Source of the DNA: Synechococcus sp. A15-24
GTDB lineage: Bacteria > Cyanobacteriota > Cyanobacteriia > PCC-6307 > Cyanobiaceae
Length of the DNA stretch: 32,000 nucleotides
Assembly (NCBI RefSeq): GCF_014280195.1
Contig: NZ_CP047960.1
Location: forward strand, 1,980,001 to 2,012,000
Reading direction: 5' to 3'
Under the pieces are notes generated by a model. That model worked only from the letters and a program-made list of their open reading frames with translations, was not told the origin of the DNA and did not search any database. Shown here one piece after another: positions 10,039 to 18,132 of this stretch (its first letter is position 1; the number at the start of each line of letters is the position of its first letter). The translations under genes were made by a program, and so were the position numbers.

Positions 10039-10151
10039 GGGTCCTTGAAATCCGCGTCGGGGAGGCTAAGGCGAATCTCCAGCCAATGAAGAGACCAGCC
10101 TGGATCGATCGTCGATGGCATTTAGCCTTTAGAAGACTTCTGCTCGCCCAG

Positions 10152-10406
10152 ATGGCCGAAACCGACAGCAAGGCCCCCGCCAAGGCCAAACCGGCGGCCC
10201 TGCGCAAGGGCGCCCTGGTGAAAGTGAACCGTGCGGCTTACAACGCCAGCCTTGAGGCGGCCGCCAGCGACCCCATAGCACCGGACTACATCTTTGAAGG
10301 TCCTGGGGAGCTGCTGCTGGTGAAAGGGGACTACGGCCAGGTGCGTTGGAACCGGCCCGTGCCGGATGTCTGGCTGCGGATGGATCAGTTGGAATCCTGC
10401 GGCTGA
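10152..10406 (+). CDS. ndhO: NAD(P)H-quinone oxidoreductase (NDH-1) subunit O
   Basis: [25 protein letters not shown]...[36 protein letters not shown] is the NdhO signature. The ATG is at 10152. Confidence 0.85.
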   Translation: MAETDSKAPAKAKPAALRKGALVKVNRAAYNASLEAAASDPIAPDYIFEGPGELLLVKGDYGQVRWNRPVPDVWLRMDQLESCG

Positions 10407-12430
10407 CTCAGGGCGCTTTCCACCATCTCCACCGCCTTGGGCACACTGTTGATCGCTGAGGCCAAACGCCAGACGGCACCCCCGAGAACCCCACTGAGAT
10501 CGGCCAGCGCAATCAGAACAGGATTGTTCTGCTCGGACCTGGCCTGATCTGCCACGGCCGATGCCGACCAGGGCATCCAGCCAGCGAGGAGCACCACGCT
10601 GCGATACGCCGCAGGCCAGGGACTCTGTGGCTGCAGCCTTTGCAGCACAGCGAATTGTTCAGCAGCGGCAGCGGGGCGGTTGGCCAGCACCGCCAGCAGC
10701 GCCAGGCTCCATCGAGCCTGCGCGTGGTCAGGGTCTGCGGCGAGCTGCTGCCGCGCCTGACGGTCCACCTGCTGGCGGTAGCTGAAATGGCCATCCAGCA
10801 TGTGCTCCACCGCCACGGCGGAAAACACCGGATCTAGACCGGCGGGCCCCGCCGCCAAGCCCTGCGCCAGGGCGGGAAACGCGTCGGCGAAACCCACCGA
10901 TACCGGTCGGTCCGAGCGGCGCCGCCAGAGGGAATAGCTGCCACCCTTCGGACGCGGGAAGCGCTGCACTTCCTCGAACACCCCGCTGCTGCGAACGGCA
11001 CGGTCGAGCTTGCGCGCTGCCTTGCGAACCGATCCCTGATCCCCCTCGGCCAGCACCACCCACTCCGCCCGGGCCAGCACAGGAGTCCGGTCCCGGCGGC
11101 TGCCCCCCAGCTGACGACCGACCAACCGACCGCCACCCCGACGGCCGTAATAGCTGACGTTGTGCTGGTTGAGATCCGGTGTGCTGGGCACCACGATCAG
11201 GGTGCGGGGCTCCACCGCGGGATCGCCACCACCGGCAGCCTGCACCAGGGCCTGCACTGGCCCCCGCGGCCGATCCTGCAAGCGCTCCAGTTGCAGGGCC
11301 CAGCCCGCTGGAACACAGGCCAGAATCCCCAGGCCCAGGAATGGGGTGGTCCAGCGAGGCCGCCACTGCTGCAACCAGAAGCCCCACTGCCACCAACCAC
11401 GGCTCAACAGCAGCAGCAACGCCGGCAGCAGAGGGGCGATGTAGCGATCGCCTTTATTCGGACTCAGGCTGGTGAGCAGCCAGGCCGCCAGCAGGTTGAT
11501 CACCAGCCAGCGCCAGCACCAGCCGTCATCACCAGCCGTCCTGGAGCGCTGAGCGCACCAGAGCAAGAGGCCGGAGACTCCCATCACCAGCAACACAACC
11601 CCCAGCTGCTCCGGTAACAACCGCGGGTACCACAACCAACTTTCCAAGCTCAGCAGGCCGGGATCTCCTTCGCGGGCCGCGGACTCAAACACCGCGCGGT
11701 TCGTGCCCCCCAGGCTTGTGATCCAGTTGTGCCTGAGCCAAGGCAGGATCAGGCATGACGCCAGCAACGGCAGCACCAAAGCTTGTCTCAACCAGGCTCC
11801 CCGGCGACGCAGGGCAATCCAGGCAGCCCAGACACCAGCCGGTGCCAGCGTCAGCAGGGCGCTTTGCTTCACAAGCACTGCTGCCAACGCTGCAACGGTT
11901 GCCCAAACAACTTGTCCCCAACGTCCACCGGTCCTGGGGTCACACCAGAGGGACATCCTCCACAGAGCCAGGGTGACCACCGCCGCCAGCGGCATTTCCA
12001 GCACGTAGTCCGTCCGCAGATCCAACAGCGCCGGAGCCAGGGCCGTCAGCAGACAAGCCAGCAGGGCCAGGCCTTCACCACGAAGCCGTAGCCCCCAACC
12101 GGCCACGGCCACCAACAGCAACCCATGCCAGAGGCTGAGGCTCCAGGCGGCATCCGCCGGGGCATCACCGCTGATGGCCATCACGGTGCCATTCACCAGA
12201 GAGGCGAGCGGTGGAATCTTGGGGGAGAGATCCAGCAGCGCCAGCCAACCGTTCCAACCGCCACTGGGCAGCAATCCCAGGGCCCGGCCATGGTCGAGGG
12301 CGCTGTTGAGGTAGTCCGCCTGATCCCAGGCGGGAACTCCGTACTGCTGCGTCCACCACAGACGATCCACCGCCGTGGCCAGCAGCCAGATCATGGCCAC
12401 CCCAAACCAAAACCGCCAGAGCCGGTTCAC
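10385..12430 (-). CDS. polytopic GT-C (family 39/ArnT-PMT-like) glycosyltransferase with soluble TPR-like C-terminal domain
   Basis: The N-terminal half has ~10 TM helices, with [14 protein letters not shown] after TM1. The start is GTG at 12430 (GTGA overlap with the upstream stop). The 3' end overlaps ndhO by 22 nt (convergent). Confidence 0.72.
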   Translation of the reverse strand: MNRLWRFWFGVAMIWLLATAVDRLWWTQQYGVPAWDQADYLNSALDHGRALGLLPSGGWNGWLALLDLSPKIPPLASLVNGTVMAISGDAPADAAWSLSLWHGLLLVAVAGWGLRLRGEGLALLACLLTALAPALLDLRTDYVLEMPLAAVVTLALWRMSLWCDPRTGGRWGQVVWATVAALAAVLVKQSALLTLAPAGVWAAWIALRRRGAWLRQALVLPLLASCLILPWLRHNWITSLGGTNRAVFESAAREGDPGLLSLESWLWYPRLLPEQLGVVLLVMGVSGLLLWCAQRSRTAGDDGWCWRWLVINLLAAWLLTSLSPNKGDRYIAPLLPALLLLLSRGWWQWGFWLQQWRPRWTTPFLGLGILACVPAGWALQLERLQDRPRGPVQALVQAAGGGDPAVEPRTLIVVPSTPDLNQHNVSYYGRRGGGRLVGRQLGGSRRDRTPVLARAEWVVLAEGDQGSVRKAARKLDRAVRSSGVFEEVQRFPRPKGGSYSLWRRRSDRPVSVGFADAFPALAQGLAAGPAGLDPVFSAVAVEHMLDGHFSYRQQVDRQARQQLAADPDHAQARWSLALLAVLANRPAAAAEQFAVLQRLQPQSPWPAAYRSVVLLAGWMPWSASAVADQARSEQNNPVLIALADLSGVLGGAVWRLASAINSVPKAVEMVESALSQPQDSN

Positions 12431-13101
12431 GCGATCTCCAGGCGGCGGCGCTCATCCTGCAAGCGCTTGCGCCGCTGCTTGGCTTCCCGCAACATCTCCC
12501 GACCGTCGTGGAGGTAATCGTCCACGTAGCCCATGGTGTAGCGCTCCAGCTCCGCCAGGGCGTCCTCCACCTCCGAGAAGCAGTGGTAGACGCTCAACCC
12601 GAAACCACGGGCCGCTACAGGGGTGGGCAGGCTCTGAAACAGGTCCTTCACCCGCTCCAGGCGACGGCCGCTGCTCTCAAGGTAGCTGCAGAAATCCTCC
12701 ATCAGTGCGTCGTCGTAGGGGTCCGCCGAGAGGGCTTTGAGCTGTTTGGGGAAGGGATTGATCACCTCACCGAGCAGCCGATCGATGGGGACGTACACCT
12801 GCCGCAACCAGCGCACGAGGGCGTCATCGGCCTCCACTGCGCGGTCATGGCCCGTTGCCGCCCGGCTTCGATCCTGAGCTGCGGTTCCAGCGGCTGATGA
12901 CACGGGAATCCTGGTTCGATCGTGGGCTCGGCGCCGCTCGGGATCACCGAGCACTTCCCAGGCGGCATTGAGGGCGAGTATGCGCTGGTCATCGCCACCG
13001 GCATCAGGGTGGTGTTGCTTCACCAGGCGTCGATAGGCGGCCTTGATCTCAGCAGCGCTGGCGCTGCTGCTCACCCCAAGCTCGGCGTAGGGATCGGCCA
13101 T
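12427..13101 (-). CDS. J-domain (DnaJ-like) protein
   Basis: [35 protein letters not shown] is a J domain with the HPD motif. Confidence 0.85.
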   Translation of the reverse strand: MADPYAELGVSSSASAAEIKAAYRRLVKQHHPDAGGDDQRILALNAAWEVLGDPERRRAHDRTRIPVSSAAGTAAQDRSRAATGHDRAVEADDALVRWLRQVYVPIDRLLGEVINPFPKQLKALSADPYDDALMEDFCSYLESSGRRLERVKDLFQSLPTPVAARGFGLSVYHCFSEVEDALAELERYTMGYVDDYLHDGREMLREAKQRRKRLQDERRRLEIA

Positions 13102-13125
13102 CGGTTCCCGTCTCTGCCTCCATCG

Positions 13126-14094
13126 TCACAGCATCGGGTCCTGACGTGCCGGCGAGGACGCGACTCCACTGAACATCGGCGTGGACAGATACCGCTCGCC
13201 ATAACTGGCCAGCATCACCAGCACACGCCGCCCCTGCCACTCGGAGCGTTGACCAAGCCGCAGAGCCGCAGCAACGGCGGCACCGCTGCTGACGCCGCAA
13301 AGCAGACCCTCCTGCCGCGCCAGACGACGGCCCACATCCATCGCCTCCTCATCCGACACGGTCATCACCTCATCGATCAGATCACGCTCCAGCACAGCAG
13401 GGACGAATCCTGCACCGATGCCCTGAATGCGATGCGCACCAGGCGGCCTGCCCGAAAGCACAGCACTACCCGCCGGCTCCACTGCCACCACCTGCAGTTG
13501 AGGATTGCGCTGCTTCAGCAAACGGGCACAGCCTGTGATGGTGCCGCCGGTGCCGACGCCAGCCACCAGAGCGTCCAGCTGACCGTCGCAGTCGTTCCAG
13601 ATCTCCTCAGCGGTGGTGCGTTCATGCACCGCAGGATTGGCCGGATTGTCGAACTGCTGCAGCAGATAAGCCTCCGGGATCTCCTTCACCAACTCAGTGG
13701 CGAGGGCAATGGCTCCGGCCATGCCCTGTGCACCGTCGGTGAGCTGCAGCTCAGCCCCGTAGGCACGCAGCATCGAACGGCGTTCCGTGCTCATCGTGTC
13801 TGGCATGGTGAGGATGAGCCGGTAGCCCCGGGCAGCCGCGACCATGGCCAGCGCAATGCCGGTGTTGCCGCTGGTGGGCTCCACCAGCACCGTTCGCCCC
13901 GGCTGAATCGTTCCCTCCTGCTCCGCCGCCAGCACCATGGCGCTGGCGATGCGATCCTTCACCGATGCTGAGGGGTTGAAGCTTTCCAACTTGGCGATCA
14001 CTTCTGCCCCACAGCCGAACCGCAACGGCAGGCGGTTGAGACGAACCAGGGGTGTGCCTCCGATCAGGCCGGTGATATCGGAGGCAATGGCCAT
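13126..14094 (-). CDS. cysK: cysteine synthase A (O-acetylserine sulfhydrylase)
   Basis: [11 protein letters not shown]...[14 protein letters not shown] (PLP lysine motif), [12 protein letters not shown] and [10 protein letters not shown]. Confidence 0.95.
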   Translation of the reverse strand: MAIASDITGLIGGTPLVRLNRLPLRFGCGAEVIAKLESFNPSASVKDRIASAMVLAAEQEGTIQPGRTVLVEPTSGNTGIALAMVAAARGYRLILTMPDTMSTERRSMLRAYGAELQLTDGAQGMAGAIALATELVKEIPEAYLLQQFDNPANPAVHERTTAEEIWNDCDGQLDALVAGVGTGGTITGCARLLKQRNPQLQVVAVEPAGSAVLSGRPPGAHRIQGIGAGFVPAVLERDLIDEVMTVSDEEAMDVGRRLARQEGLLCGVSSGAAVAAALRLGQRSEWQGRRVLVMLASYGERYLSTPMFSGVASSPARQDPML

Positions 14095-14104
14095 GGCTGC
14101 TGAA

Positions 14105-16090
14105 TCAGAACCGGAAGACCGACTGAATCAAACCACCAAAGATGCCGAAGGTCGATGCACCGTTCTGATCCTGATCACCGCTGAGGTTGGCGGTGTAATG
14201 ACCCAGAGGACGTGACATCCAGAACACCGATGGCGTGATCTGAATGTTGTCAGTTACTTGGAAGGAGGCATAGAGCTCCACGAGGTAATTGGCATCATTC
14301 GGGGTATGTCCACCGGCAAGTTCAGTCGCGAAGTTGGGCATACCGAAGCCGACACCAAGGTCGTTGCCGACATCGAAGACGTCATCCCATTTGAGGCCGA
14401 CAAACCAGGATTGGCTGGCCACAGGGGAGTACTTGAAGAATCCCGAACCCGTGATGGCACTGCGGGCATAGCCGACAGACACGGAGGGGATCCAGCCGGT
14501 CTCCTGGGGGACCCAGTACCCGTTCAGAGCGAAGTTGTGGCTGTTGCGCTCACTGCGTTCAGCGATGTAATCACCTTGATAAAGATCTTCTTCCGTCCAG
14601 TTCCAGACATCACGCCAGCATTCGTTATTGAATGAATCATCCATCATGAAATTGGTTCCACGGCGCTGGCCAGTGCCGCACTGGCCGTAGCGATACGCGA
14701 AGGCGACACCGTATTCCTCGCCTCCCCAACCAGCCTGGACCAGGAAATTACCGCGGGAGTTGTTGGTGAACATGCCGCCAAGCACCGGATCACCATCACC
14801 ACCATCCTCAGCCACATAGTTCATCGAAACCGAGAATGCTGGATCTCCCTTGTTTTCAGTCTTCTCCTTATAAATCACACCAAACATCGCACCTGTGGCT
14901 TTGTTATAGACATTCGGCACACCCGCCAATCCGGTCCAATCAAGGATGCGGGCTCCGCCACGGTTATAGGCCGAGGGCCACATCCCCAAGCTCTCGGTGT
15001 TTCTCGCCATTGGACCAACGATGAAGATCAGCGAGTGATCGATAAGTTCGTCATTCTTCAGAGGGAAGCGATAATACAAACGCCCTAAACCAAGAATATC
15101 GTCCGTACAAGGAGCGGTGCTGAGTTTTGTCAGAGGCACACCGTCGCCTGCAAAGGCGTTGTCGCAGAAGTTGCCTGCTGTGAAACTTGCGTAGAGGAGA
15201 TCCTTTCCGGTGAATGAGGTCTTCAGGTTCAGCTTCTGCTCATAGTTGAAGGTGAAGGCCCCGTACTGACTGTTGTAGGCGCGGATACCACCTCCTGTGG
15301 CATCCTTTTTCCAGGATTTGTGATCTCGGAACTTACGAGACCGGATGTCTTTGTAGTGCTTCTCGAGCTTGGTGCCTTTGATGATCTCTGTACCGCGTTT
15401 GCCGTCTTTTTCCTTCAGCGAACCATCGCGGTTGTGAACGGAACGCCAGGCTTCACGGGTTTTCTGCCAGGAGCGACTGTTCTGCGTGGAGCCAAGGGGT
15501 GATTCACGACCATCAATTTCAACGATCTGGTGCTTCTTGTCGTAATCCCAGTAGTACTTAGAACCATCATTGGTGCCATAGGCCTTGGTGGAACCCATGG
15601 TGAAGGTGCTCTTGCCCTTCAACTTGGTGGTGGTTGAAAACTGACTGGCTTCGAGGGATCCAACGCGGTCCTCCAGCAGCATGATGCTGCCCGCCACGAA
15701 GTTGAGTTCAGATTCAAATTCCTTCAGCAGCTGCTCCACCTCTTCGGTCATCTCTGTGACACGATCAAGGCAGGAGGCCAACAATGCCGCCGCTTCATAA
15801 CGCGTGATCGGGATGTAGCCGCGGAAGCGGCCGTTGGGGTAGCCAGCCACACATCCATAGGTTTTTACCAACCTCACCAGGGCCTGATAGGCCCAGTCCG
15901 TGGGGTATACATCATTGAACTGATTAACACTGGTGACCTGCTGGAGCAGTTGCTTGGCTTGTTCAAGATCGAGGGTAGCAGAGTAATCCGAAACCGAGTC
16001 AATGTTGAGGTCGGCAGCTTGTGCCGAAAGGGGAGCAATCAAAAACGTCAGTGCTGCTGGAGCGACCAAAAGGTGCTGGAGCAGTTTCAT
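14105..16090 (-). CDS. SLH-domain / OprB-type outer-membrane porin, long paralogue (G1, 661 aa)
   Basis: The ATG at 16090 gives the signal peptide [25 protein letters not shown]. It is followed by an SLH motif [14 protein letters not shown]...YPNGRFRG...TRYEAAALL, a coiled coil, [11 protein letters not shown], a beta-barrel and a C-terminal ...SVFRF. The stop lies only 10 nt from the cysK ATG. Confidence 0.9.
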   Translation of the reverse strand: MKLLQHLLVAPAALTFLIAPLSAQAADLNIDSVSDYSATLDLEQAKQLLQQVTSVNQFNDVYPTDWAYQALVRLVKTYGCVAGYPNGRFRGYIPITRYEAAALLASCLDRVTEMTEEVEQLLKEFESELNFVAGSIMLLEDRVGSLEASQFSTTTKLKGKSTFTMGSTKAYGTNDGSKYYWDYDKKHQIVEIDGRESPLGSTQNSRSWQKTREAWRSVHNRDGSLKEKDGKRGTEIIKGTKLEKHYKDIRSRKFRDHKSWKKDATGGGIRAYNSQYGAFTFNYEQKLNLKTSFTGKDLLYASFTAGNFCDNAFAGDGVPLTKLSTAPCTDDILGLGRLYYRFPLKNDELIDHSLIFIVGPMARNTESLGMWPSAYNRGGARILDWTGLAGVPNVYNKATGAMFGVIYKEKTENKGDPAFSVSMNYVAEDGGDGDPVLGGMFTNNSRGNFLVQAGWGGEEYGVAFAYRYGQCGTGQRRGTNFMMDDSFNNECWRDVWNWTEEDLYQGDYIAERSERNSHNFALNGYWVPQETGWIPSVSVGYARSAITGSGFFKYSPVASQSWFVGLKWDDVFDVGNDLGVGFGMPNFATELAGGHTPNDANYLVELYASFQVTDNIQITPSVFWMSRPLGHYTANLSGDQDQNGASTFGIFGGLIQSVFRF

Positions 16091-16292
16091 ACCAATCCCC
16101 TCAACTTCCTGCAGGAAGCATTTCAACAACAAACTGAAGGTACCGAACGTGGGGTGTGGTGCTAGTCCATTAACCCACCGTTAAACACAATAAAAAAGCC
16201 CCCCTGATAGGGGGGCTGATCTGTGTGAGGAACAAGTCTGAAAACCCGACCGAAGTCGGGCCGTTGAATCAGAACTTGAAGACGGTCTGAAC
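16001..16292. repeat. duplicated block: G1 head + G1 5' UTR/promoter + Yfr1-like module + last 24 nt of G2
   Basis: It aligns along its full length with 18044..18334. Identity is roughly 85-90% by eye, rising to near identity over the last ~110 nt. Confidence 0.85.
16192..16260 (-). ncRNA. Yfr1-like RNA module / double terminator in porin G2 3' UTR (copy A)
   Basis: The minus strand reads CCCGAC-UUCG-GUCGGG + UUUUCAG, then unpaired ACUUGUUCCUCACACAGAUCA, then GCCCCCC-UAUCA-GGGGGGC + U6. The second hairpin is a clear rho-independent terminator. The ncRNA interpretation rests on resemblance to the Yfr1 architecture. Confidence 0.5.
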
Positions 16293-17774
16293 GACGCCAC
16301 CCCACTGGGACGCATCATCCACACCCTGAGACTGCTCAGGAAGGTAGAAGACTGCAGGAATGACTGAGATTTTGTCAGCCACCTTCAGCTTGAGGGAAGC
16401 TTCGATAGCAAGTTCAGGGGCATCAGGGTCATCGCCCTTTTGAGAGACAACGTACTGGGGGGCACCGAATCCGACAGCAAGCTTATGGCTTGACTTTGCC
16501 AGCTTGTCCCACTGGAAACCAACCATCCAGCTAGCAAGTTCTTCAACGTCAGAACCCTCAAGGGAGGAGAATCCATAACCAGCGCTGATTGAAGGAATCA
16601 GACCAGTCTCAGAAGGCTTCCAGAAACCATTGAGAGCAAAGTTATTGGAGTAGACATCAGTGCCCTTAGCGCAACTTTGCTCCTTAAAGAAGCCAGTTCC
16701 GAAACCTGCTTTGCACTGACCGTAGCGATAGCCGAAGGCAACACCCCACTTTTTAGATCCGTAGCCAATCTGGGCAGTCGTATTAGCACGTGAGTTGGAG
16801 CCGAACATGCCACCCGCGGTGGGATCGCTGTTCTCTGCTTCTCCAGCATCGGCGACATAGTTCACGGCAACAGTGAACTTAGGGTCCCCTTTAGCTACCT
16901 TCTGCTTCCAGATCAAGCCAACCAAACCGCCGGTTTCCTTGTTGTAGACACCAGGTGTGCCCCAGTGACCACCAAACATATTGAGGGTCTTCACTTTGTA
17001 AGCCGTGGGCTTCATACCCAAGCTTTCAGTATTCCGAGCCAGAGGGCCTACAATCGCGGTCAGGCCTTTTGCAACAGGGAAGCGATAGTAGAGACGATCA
17101 ACTTCCATGACGTTTCCAGACATTCCGGAAACATCCAACTTGCGCAATCCACCGGAGAAAGCAGACCCATCCTTCATGTTGCCACCGCGCAGGCGGGTGA
17201 AGAGAAGATCCTTACCAGTGAAAGAAGTCTTCAGACCAAGACGCAAGTCATAAGAGAAACTCAAGGCGTCATAGACAGATTTGTCTGCGTCAGCCTCAGA
17301 ATTAATGGCACCTGTAACGAAGGTAGCCTTACCTTTAAGCTTGGTGGTGGTGGAAAACTGAGTGGCTTCCAGTTCGCCAACGCGAGCTTCCAGACCGTCC
17401 ACTCGGCCGCGGATCACAGCCAGCTCGGTTTCGAATTCTTTGATCAGACGACGCAGCTGGTCGGTCACCTCGGTGATGCGGTCGAGGCAAGCGTTCAGCA
17501 GGGCAGCCGCTTCATAGCGGGTCATGGCCCGGTTGCCACTGAAGGTGCCGTTGGGATAACCGGCGACGCAGCCGTAACGCTCGATCAGGTTGGCGAGTGC
17601 CTGGTAGGCCCAGTCAGTCGGGTAGACGTCGGAGAACTGGGTGATGCTGGTGACCTGCTCTTCGGATGCCGAGTAGTCGGACACACCGTTGATGTTCAGG
17701 TCTGCGGCGTTGGCGCCGGAGGCCAGGAGGCCTAGGGCGGCAGGCGCTACCAGCAGTTGCTGGAAGAGTTTCAT
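16269..17774 (-). CDS. SLH-domain / OprB-type outer-membrane porin (Som-like, G2, 501 aa)
   Basis: The ATG at 17774 gives [23 protein letters not shown]. It has an SLH motif [47 protein letters not shown], a coiled coil, a barrel and a C-terminal VVQTVFKF. Confidence 0.92.
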   Translation of the reverse strand: MKLFQQLLVAPAALGLLASGANAADLNINGVSDYSASEEQVTSITQFSDVYPTDWAYQALANLIERYGCVAGYPNGTFSGNRAMTRYEAAALLNACLDRITEVTDQLRRLIKEFETELAVIRGRVDGLEARVGELEATQFSTTTKLKGKATFVTGAINSEADADKSVYDALSFSYDLRLGLKTSFTGKDLLFTRLRGGNMKDGSAFSGGLRKLDVSGMSGNVMEVDRLYYRFPVAKGLTAIVGPLARNTESLGMKPTAYKVKTLNMFGGHWGTPGVYNKETGGLVGLIWKQKVAKGDPKFTVAVNYVADAGEAENSDPTAGGMFGSNSRANTTAQIGYGSKKWGVAFGYRYGQCKAGFGTGFFKEQSCAKGTDVYSNNFALNGFWKPSETGLIPSISAGYGFSSLEGSDVEELASWMVGFQWDKLAKSSHKLAVGFGAPQYVVSQKGDDPDAPELAIEASLKLKVADKISVIPAVFYLPEQSQGVDDASQWGGVVQTVFKF

Positions 17775-17817
17775 GAGATTCCTCACACCAAAATTGAGGG
17801 AAGTGGACAGAGAGTCC
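17338..17817. repeat. near-identical porin 5' module, copy 1 (5' UTR + signal peptide + SLH + coiled coil of G2)
   Basis: Aligned by eye to 19505..19976, I count 4 substitutions and one 8-nt indel over ~480 nt. Confidence 0.9.
17779..17788 (-). promoter_or_regulatory. SD-region site GUGUGAGGAA in G2 5' UTR, complementary to the Yfr1-type CCUCACAC motif
   Basis: The mRNA reads GGUGUGAGGAAUCUC-AUG. This is an exact 10-nt reverse complement of UUCCUCACAC at 16223..16232 and 18266..18275. Confidence 0.5.
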
Positions 17818-17884
17818 ACCAGAAAAATACTGGTGAAGGAAAAGTCTGCACAGGAGGCCGCACTGTTATGTGTCCATTACTACG

Positions 17885-17911
17885 CCTTAACCAGTTTAAG
17901 CTTAGGTTAAA
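17885..17911 (-). promoter_or_regulatory. phased TTAA-core direct repeats (Pho-box-like) upstream of G2, next to the conserved TAGTAATGGACAC element
   Basis: The minus strand reads TTTAACCT-aag-CTTAAACT-gg-TTAAGGCG-TAGTAAT. The first two TTAA cores are 11 nt apart. The same layout is found upstream of the G4 pseudogene. Confidence 0.3.
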
Positions 17912-17940
17912 TAATTAGGTTGAAGGTTGTTAGCCAAAGA

Positions 17941-17966
17941 CAACCCAGCTCACAAAAGGTGGGTTG
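17941..17966 (-). terminator. degenerate terminator hairpin after the porin remnant
   Basis: CAACCCA-(12 nt)-TGGGTTG, positionally homologous to the strong terminator at 20093..20120. It lacks a proper U-tract. Confidence 0.35.
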
Positions 17967-18002
17967 AGGAAGAAAGCACAAGTAGAGATTCTTCGTTGCT
18001 AA

Positions 18003-18132
18003 TTAGAAAATGAAGTTGGACTTCACATAAGCACCGTCAACATAATGTTGAGATCCGCAGCTTGTGCTATTTGAGACCAATCAAAAATGTCAGGGCTGCC
18101 GGTGCGACCAAAAGGTCCTGGAGAAGTTTCAT
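18003..18132 (-). pseudogene. chimeric porin remnant: G1-like 5' head (promoter, UTR, signal peptide) fused to G5-like last ~13 codons
   Basis: The ATG at 18132 gives [21 protein letters not shown] (TAG at 18067). The 3' part, in another frame, reads YVDGAYVKSNFIF* (TAA at 18003), compared with DYVQGAYVKTTFTF* in G5. The junction at ~18044-18046 is an AAT microhomology. Confidence 0.8.

Noticed and set aside
11444-11451. HIP1 octamer GCGATCGC.
   Set aside because: I found a single occurrence in 32 kb, so it is not an enriched repeat here.
12922-13971. 349-aa plus-strand ORF antisense to cysK.
   Set aside because: The opposite frame is an unmistakable cysteine synthase. The translation is low-complexity (H/R/G/A-rich).
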